In this document: positions 58,372-64,000 of the stretch, one piece after another | Numbering within the stretch: position 1 is the first letter of the stretch | How the letters are laid out: the number at the start of each line of letters is the position of its first letter | Assembly (NCBI GenBank): GCA_963770685.1 | Contig: CAVYQN010000002.1 | Span: 64,020-128,019 of the forward strand | Source of the DNA: Candidatus Krumholzibacteriia bacterium | GTDB taxonomy: Bacteria > Krumholzibacteriota > Krumholzibacteriia > Krumholzibacteriales > Krumholzibacteriaceae | DNA length: 64,000 nt | Direction: 5' to 3' | Program-made: the position numbers and the translations under genes | The notes under the pieces: generated by a model | The model's database searches: none | Told to the model about the DNA's origin: nothing | Seen by the model: the letters and a program-made list of their open reading frames with translations, nothing else

Positions 58372-60471
58372 ATGAAACATCAATTATTCGTTTCCATTAC
58401 CGCGTTGCTGGCCTTCATGGCCTGCTCGCAGACGGCTCAGAATCCGCTTCTGGGCGAATTCAAGACTCCCTTCGAGGTTCCCCCGTTCGACCAGATAAGG
58501 GAAGAACACTACCTACCCGCGTTCCGCGAGGGGATCCGTGTTCACGACGAGGAGATCGCGAAGATCGCGGGGAACCCGGCGGAGCCGACCTTCGCCAACA
58601 CGATCGAGGCCATCGAATATTCAGGCCGGCTGCTCGGCAGGACTGCCAACATCTTTTTCAGCCTCAATTCGGCGAACACGAACGACAGCATGCAGGCGAT
58701 CGCAAGGGAAGTCGCCCCCCTGCTCGCCGATCACGCCGACAACGTGGCCCTGAACGAGAAGCTGTTCGAGAGGGTCAAGGCCGTGTACGAGAAGAAGGAC
58801 GGCCTCGACCTGACCGTCGAGCAGAAAATGGTTCTCGATAATTATTACCGGAACTTCGTGCGGGGCGGCGCCAATCTCAACGACGAAGACAAGGAAAAGC
58901 TGAGGGCGATCAACAAGGAGCTCTCCACCCTTTCGCTGCAGTTCGGCGAGAATGTCCTCAAGGAGACGAACAAGTTCGAGTTGTTGATAGAGAACGAGGA
59001 GGATCTCGCGGGCCTGCCGGGAGTCGTGAAGGACGGCGCGGCGGAGCTCGCCGCCCAGAAGGGCCATCAGGGGAAGTGGCTTTTCACGATTCAGAAGCCC
59101 AGCATGCTCCCGTTCCTGCAGTACTCGGAAAAGCGGGACCTCAGGGAGAAGATCTACAAGGCTTACACAAACATGGGGGACAACGACGACGAGCTGGACA
59201 ACAAGAAGATCATCTCGACTATGACCGCGCTGCTGGTCGACAAGGCGAACCTGCTCGGATATGAGACGCACGCGGATTTCGTCCTTGAAGAGGGGATGGC
59301 GAAGAAGCCCGGGAACGTTTACGCGTTTCTCGACAAGCTGTGGACGCCCTCCCTCGCCAAAGCGAAGCAGGAGGTTGCGGCGCTTCAGGCGATGATAGAC
59401 GCGGAGAGCGGCGCCTTCAAGCTGGCCAGCTGGGACTGGTGGTATTACGCCGAGAAGGTGAAGAAGGCTCAATACGATCTCGACGAGGAGATGATAAAGC
59501 CCTATTTCGTGCTGGAGAACGTGGTCGACGGCGCCTTCGCTGTGGCCGGGAAATTATGGGGGCTGAAATTCACTGAGAGAAACGATATCCCGAAGTACCA
59601 TCCCGACGTCAGGGTCTTCGAGGTCACCGAGGAGGACGGAAGCCACGTGGGGATACTTTTCACGGACTATTTCCCGAGGGAAAGCAAGAGGGGCGGCGCC
59701 TGGAGCGGCGGTTTGCGCGATCAGATGAAGATGGACGGGAAGATGGTGACGCCGATCATCACCAACGTTGGAAATTTCCAGAAACCGGCCGGGGACCTGC
59801 CGGCGCTTCTCACGTGGGACGACGTGCTCACGCTGTTCCATGAGTTCGGCCACGGCCTTCACGGGCTGCTCTCCGATTGCACCTATCCTTCGGTCTGCGG
59901 GACCTCGGTCGCGACCGATTTCGTCGAGCTGCCGTCGCAGATCATGGAGAACTGGGCGGGAGAGCCCGAAGTGCTCGCGATGTACGCGAAGCATTACAAG
60001 ACGGGCGAGATAATCCCCGAAGAGCTCGTGACGAAGATGAAGAATTCGAGCAAATTCAACCAGGGATTCGAGACGACGGAATATCTGGCCGCTTCTTATC
60101 TCGATCTCGACTGGCACACGCTGAAGGAGCCCGTCGAACAGGACGTGACGGCGTTCGAGAACGCCTGTCTCGGCAGGATCGGCCTTATACCCGAGATAGT
60201 CTCGAGGTACAGAAGCACCTATTTCAGGCATATATTCTCGGGGGGATATGACGCGGGGTATTTCAGCTACATGTGGGCCGAGGTGCTCGACAAGGACGCT
60301 TTCCAGGCGTTCAAGGACTCGGGCGACATCTTCAACCCGGCCCTCGCCGCGTCGTTCAGGGAAAACATACTTTCGAAGGGCGGTTCCGAGGATCCCATGA
60401 CACTCTATGTCAGATTCCGCGGATCGGAGCCACGTATCGAGCCGCTTCTGATAAAAAGAGGCCTCATATAA
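58372..60471 (+). CDS. dcp: M3-family peptidyl-dipeptidase Dcp (lipoprotein)
   Basis: ATG 58372 after AAAGGAG. Signal MKHQLFVSITALLAFMACS. HEFGHGLH zinc motif. Confidence 0.88.
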   Translation: MKHQLFVSITALLAFMACSQTAQNPLLGEFKTPFEVPPFDQIREEHYLPAFREGIRVHDEEIAKIAGNPAEPTFANTIEAIEYSGRLLGRTANIFFSLNSANTNDSMQAIAREVAPLLADHADNVALNEKLFERVKAVYEKKDGLDLTVEQKMVLDNYYRNFVRGGANLNDEDKEKLRAINKELSTLSLQFGENVLKETNKFELLIENEEDLAGLPGVVKDGAAELAAQKGHQGKWLFTIQKPSMLPFLQYSEKRDLREKIYKAYTNMGDNDDELDNKKIISTMTALLVDKANLLGYETHADFVLEEGMAKKPGNVYAFLDKLWTPSLAKAKQEVAALQAMIDAESGAFKLASWDWWYYAEKVKKAQYDLDEEMIKPYFVLENVVDGAFAVAGKLWGLKFTERNDIPKYHPDVRVFEVTEEDGSHVGILFTDYFPRESKRGGAWSGGLRDQMKMDGKMVTPIITNVGNFQKPAGDLPALLTWDDVLTLFHEFGHGLHGLLSDCTYPSVCGTSVATDFVELPSQIMENWAGEPEVLAMYAKHYKTGEIIPEELVTKMKNSSKFNQGFETTEYLAASYLDLDWHTLKEPVEQDVTAFENACLGRIGLIPEIVSRYRSTYFRHIFSGGYDAGYFSYMWAEVLDKDAFQAFKDSGDIFNPALAASFRENILSKGGSEDPMTLYVRFRGSEPRIEPLLIKRGLI

Positions 60472-60488
60472 GAGAATTGATTCGGTAA

Positions 60489-60517
60489 ATCCCGCCGCCG
60501 CATGGCGGCGGCGGGAT
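60489..60517 (+). terminator. Strong GC hairpin downstream of dcp (13-bp perfect stem, 3-nt loop), no U-tract
   Basis: 60489-60501 pairs perfectly with 60505-60517 (ATCCCGCCGCCGC / GCGGCGGCGGGAT). Confidence 0.4.
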
Positions 60518-60547
60518 GACCGAAAAAGATCGCCCGGGAGGACGGGG

Positions 60548-60989
60548 TTGAGCCTGCTGATCCGTCCGTTCATGGAAAAAGACAGGGCAGAGGTGATCGC
60601 GCTCTGGCGGGAGTGCGGCCTGGTGGTTCCATGGAACGATCCTTCGCGGGACATCGACCGGAAACTGCTCGTCGATCCGGATCTTTTTCTCGTCGGTGTG
60701 CCCGATGATGACCCGTCAGGCTGGCGGGGTAGTCGCCGCGGTGATGGGGGGGTACGAGGGGCACAGGGGATGGATCAATTACCTCGCCGTGTCGCCGGGA
60801 TATCGCGGCCTCGGGTACGGCCGGATGATAATGGAGGCCGTCGAGAAAAGGATCGCGGGAAAAGGGTGCCCCAAGATCAACCTGCAGGTGCGAACCTCGA
60901 ACCTCGCCGTCATTCAATTTTACGAACATCTCGGATATTCCAGCGACAACGTGATCGGATTGGGGAAGAGGCTGGTCGACGACAAATGA
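60548..60989 (+). CDS. ypeA: GNAT acetyltransferase, YpeA-like; one frame break near 60690-60710
   Basis: LIRPFMEKDRAEVIALWRECGLVVPWNDPSRDIDRKL..DLFLVG, then track ORF 60696..60989 (VMGGYEGHRGWINYLAVSPGYRGLGYG..GCPKINLQVR..LGKRLVDD). Confidence 0.8.
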
Positions 60990-61035
60990 AACCGAGCGGG
61001 ATCGGAGGGAGGCGCGCCGTATCGGATCGGCGATC

Positions 61036-61237
61036 CTATCCCCCGTGCGCGAGGTGAAAGACGACCACGCTCGAACCGTCTTTCAACGGGAAGCTGCCGT
61101 AATCGTCCTCGGGCACGAGGGCGCCGTCGACGGTGACCGTGATGAGGGCGTAGTCGTACCCCATCTTCCTTCATCAGATCCTCGACGGTCATGCCGTCGC
61201 GCCAATCGATCCTGTCCCTGCCGTTGACGGTGATCAT
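61036..61237 (-). CDS. thiS: ThiS/MoaD-family sulfur carrier protein (C-terminal Gly-Gly); one frame break near 61165
   Basis: MITVNGRDRIDWRDGMTVEDLMK, then KMGYDYALITVTVDGALVPEDDYGSFPLKDGSSVVVFHLAHGG* in the adjacent frame (stop 61036-61038). Confidence 0.75.
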
Positions 61238-61240
61238 CGC

Positions 61241-61849
61241 TTAAATCTCCATGCCGGTGAGAAGCGCTATCGCGACGTTGGCCTGCATGTTCGCCACGAG
61301 CCCGACGCGCGCCGAACAGAGCCCGATCTCCATGCTCGTCTTCTGGTCGCCGACGATATGAATCATCCCCGACGACCTGACGATTATCTCGGAGCTCTTC
61401 CCTATCCCTGATATCCCGCTCGCGCCGACGACGGGCCGTTCCGGGAACGATTTGCACCAGGCCTCGATCAGCCAGCGTTTGCTTTCCGCCCTGTCGAAGG
61501 CCTCGATCAGAAGATCGGCTTCGGCGAACAGTTCCGCCGTGTTGGCGGGCGAGATTTCGATCCGGTGAATATCGAGCCTGATGCCCGGGTTGATCGCCCT
61601 GATCAGCGAGGCGAGCGCATCGACCTTCACCTTTCCGACGTCGGGGAGGAAGTAGCACTGCCTGTTGAGATTCGATTCCTCGACAAGGTCGCGGTCGGCG
61701 AGGATGAGGCGGCCAACCCCGGCGCGCGCGAGGGCGATCGCCGCGTTCGAGCCGAGGCCTCCGCAGCCGGCGATGCCCACCGCCGATCTTCGAAGCTTCT
61801 CCGTCGATCCCGGAACGTTCTTTTCGAATATTCGCGGCGTTATTTCCAT
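61241..61849 (-). CDS. thiF: ThiF/MoeB/HesA-family E1-like adenylyltransferase (short form)
   Basis: Intact 202 aa. IAGCGGLGSNAAIALARAGVG nucleotide-binding motif, NLNRQ. Confidence 0.85.
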   Translation of the reverse strand: MEITPRIFEKNVPGSTEKLRRSAVGIAGCGGLGSNAAIALARAGVGRLILADRDLVEESNLNRQCYFLPDVGKVKVDALASLIRAINPGIRLDIHRIEISPANTAELFAEADLLIEAFDRAESKRWLIEAWCKSFPERPVVGASGISGIGKSSEIIVRSSGMIHIVGDQKTSMEIGLCSARVGLVANMQANVAIALLTGMEI

Positions 61850-61855
61850 ACTCGT

Positions 61856-63855
61856 CTATTGATCGCCCTTTATTATGTCGACAAGCTCCGGAAGGTCGAT
61901 GCCGAGCTGCTTTGAGCCTCGCGATCGTCGGGACCCCGTTCGCTCGTCCATCCGCGGCGCTGGTAGGCGGCGTCGACGGCCTTGTTGTACTGTTTCATCC
62001 GGTGGTCCCTCGTGATCTTCATCTTCTCTTCTGTGGTCTTCCCCGCGGGGTCGACGCCGATGATCTCCTTCATCTGCCTGTCGTAATACTTCTCCGCGCG
62101 CGACTCGTACTCTTCCTTCGTCACGGGGCCGACCGCGCGGTATGGCGGCATGTCGTCCTTGCGCGTCCCGAAGCCGAGCATTCGCGTCATGATCCTCTGA
62201 AGGTTGTGCACCCTCGCCGACTGGGCCAGCATCTTCTCCTCGTCGAGCGGCTCGCCCGTCATCCCCTCGTAGAATTTGAAGAAATCCTCGACGTGCTCGG
62301 GGACCTTGGCGGCCACCTGCGGCGGATAGGTCTTGTTGCTGACCGGGACGATGTCGTTCCAGAGAAGCTTGCAAAGCCCGTGAAGGCCGAACCAGGTCCT
62401 CCACAGGGGATAATAGTAGAGCGCCTCGGCCTTGTCCTCGAAGGTGGGTATCTGGTTGTTCACCATGTCCATGAATATGAGCCACGCCTCGTCGTGCTGC
62501 GGCCCCTTGACGGCCATCGTGTATCCGGCCTGCTGCGCCAGCGACTCCTTGCACATGTATTCGGAGTACTCCAGCCCCTTGACCTCCATCCCGATGTCCT
62601 GGAGGAAGGCCGGATCGGCCCCGAGCTCGCGGGCCCATTTCTCCTTGAGCCGGCGTATCCCCTGGGCGACCTCGACGCCGAACCCCTTTCCCTCGGCGCA
62701 TTCGTGCAGGCACTGAAGGACCTCGGCCGTGGCTCCGAACTTAAGTTTCTTGCCGCCGGTCTCCTTCGTCGTGATGATTCCGTTCTCGAAGCATTCCATG
62801 ACGAAGGCCATGCAGGTCCCCATCGATATCGTGTCGAGGCCGTACGTATCGCAATAGAAGTTGTACTCGATCAGGAAATCGCCGTCGAAACATCCCATGT
62901 TGGCCGACGCGGCGGCCGTCTCGTATTCGGGGCCGTCGACGGCGACGACCTGGCCCTTGTACGGCCCTGTCTTCAGCGTGAATCCGTCGACCACCTTCGC
63001 GCAGGCCATCGAGCATCCCTTCCAGCACCCGTCCGGCGTCCCCTGTGTGACGTATTTCGCCTTGAGCACGGCCGAGCCGATGTTAGGCGTGTCCGGATGC
63101 GACCCGAACCTGTAGTTCTGCACCGGCAGCAGGTCGTACGCGTCCATCACGTCGACGATGTTCGCCGTTCCGACCTCGCGCATCCGGCACTGGCTCCTGT
63201 CGAGGGTCGCCATCTCGGCGTTTATCCTCATCCCATAGTTGCGGATCATCCTCGCGTCGTGCGGATGGTTCATCTCGTCGACGATCTCTATCGCGCCGGT
63301 CGGGCAGACGTAGGCGCAGGAGGTGCAGTTTATGCAGTGCGGGTCGACCTGCCCGAAGGGCATCGTCATGTGGCGCCCCGTGCCGCGCCCCGCGAAATCG
63401 ATGATCTCCTCCATGACGAACTCCCTGCAGGCGCGGACGCAATGCCCGCAGAGAACGCAGGCCTTCGGGTTCGGGTCGGTCAGCTCCGACTTGAACCTTT
63501 CGGCGTCCTTTACGCCGCACATCGCTGCGAGCTCCCTTATCACCGGGACGTTCGGCCACCGCCCGAGCAGCATCCCTGCGAGCGCCTTGCGGCGGCTCTT
63601 GACCCTCTCGGAGGAGGTCTCGACGTTGATGGCATTTCTCACCGGGTAATTGCACGATGTCACGAGGCGCTTTTTACCGCCTTCCTCGATCTCGACCGTG
63701 CAGAGCCTGCAGGTTCCCTCCGGCGTCAGGTCCTTGTGGTTGCAGAGGGTGGGGACGGCGATCCCGTTCTCGCGAAGAACGGTGAGTAGATAAGCGTCCT
63801 TCGCCGCCTGGACTTCCCTGCCGTCGATTCTTATGGTTATCTTTTCCTTCGCCAT
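61856..63855 (-). CDS. Fusion protein: NuoG/HndD-like [2Fe-2S]+2x[4Fe-4S] module joined to aldehyde:ferredoxin oxidoreductase (AOR) family domains 2-3; 2 frame breaks in the last 40 nt
   Basis: ATG 63855 after GGAGGTG. C-x10-C-x2-C-x15-C, CVLCGHCVRAC, CINCTSCAYVCP. Then LPVQNYRFG, CWKGCSMAC, GPEYET, DTYGLD, HGLC. The corrected tail ..RRGWTS-NGVPTIARLK-QLGIDLPELVDIIKGDQ* stops at 61856. Confidence 0.8.
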
Positions 63856-64000
63856 CACTTCACCTCCACAGCGTCGAAGTTGCAGGTCTCGATGCAGATC
63901 CCGCACTTGATGCATTTGCCGTCGTCTATAACGTGGGGCTTCTTTTTCTCTCCGGTTATCGCCTTGACCGGGCAGGCGAGGGCGCAGAGGGTGCACCCCG
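63855..64000 (-). CDS. C-terminal 2x[4Fe-4S] ferredoxin domain of a larger protein (NuoF/HydB-like subunit suspected); 5' part outside window
   Basis: A frame not in the track reads ..CTLCALACPVKAITGEKKKPHVIDDGKCIKCGICIETCNFDAVEVK*. Its TGA overlaps the next ATG (TGATG). Confidence 0.55.
   Translation of the reverse strand, partial: GCTLCALACPVKAITGEKKKPHVIDDGKCIKCGICIETCNFDAVEVK

Noticed and set aside
61912-63789. 625-aa plus-strand ORF
   Set aside because: Antisense to the AOR-fusion gene, which carries clear family motifs. This ORF is Leu/Arg/Val/Pro-rich with no motifs.
1-64000. Alternative genetic code or stop-codon recoding as the cause of the broken genes
   Set aside because: The interruptions are frame changes at homopolymers, not in-frame TGA/TAG/TAA within conserved sequence. 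Stops at gene ends behave normally.
1-64000. Programmed ribosomal frameshifting or transcriptional slippage
   Set aside because: There are far too many sites, in unrelated housekeeping genes. The runs are only 3-6 nt, both directions occur, and there are no shared slippery heptamers or downstream structures.
1-64000. CRISPR arrays, tRNA/rRNA genes, IS elements, integrases, prophage or obvious defence islands
   Set aside because: No regularly spaced repeats were seen. No intergenic gap contains a T-loop-like GGTTCGAATCC. No transposase, integrase or phage-like ORFs were seen. The Cas4-like nuclease has no cas or repeat context.

Overview
GC-rich chromosomal segment that looks like it comes from an uncultivated, anaerobic, diderm bacterium. 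The evidence is a Tol-Pal cluster, an OM beta-barrel protein, FlgD/T9SS-like sorting tails, Rnf, an AOR-family enzyme and amino-acid catabolic genes. I reconstruct about 64 protein-coding genes. I saw no rRNA, tRNA, CRISPR array, transposase, integrase or prophage genes.

Gene content, in order:
- secreted or lipoprotein hydrolases;
- system II cytochrome c biogenesis (resB-ccsA);
- a peptide-type ABC importer interrupted by a membrane-anchored beta-CASP hydrolase;
- a nucleoside/SAM salvage-like group;
- an ECF sigma/anti-sigma pair;
- thrC;
- a complete tolQ-tolR-tolA-like-tolB-pal-ybgF cluster;
- a tandem CNNM/CorC gene;
- hutH;
- an acpS-led operon ending in a Cas4-like nuclease;
- an intact rnfABCDGE operon;
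- mrp/NifX-like, methionine-gamma-lyase-like and methyltransferase genes;
- apbE, pgi, ftcD, rmuC, an MFS transporter, dcp and ypeA;
- at the right edge, an operon encoding a NuoF/HydB-like subunit, a NuoG-like::AOR fusion, thiF and thiS.

Main caveat: roughly 45 single-base frame breaks, almost always on short homopolymers, split at least 30 genes. I therefore give reconstructed gene spans, and many ORF-track entries are fragments of these.

Most interesting candidates: the AOR fusion operon, a DUF4384 protein with an extreme Tyr/Trp/Asp-rich core, a HAL-family lyase with Ala-Cys-Gly in place of the MIO-forming Ala-Ser-Gly, and the beta-CASP gene embedded in the ABC operon. Novelty cannot be established without database searches.
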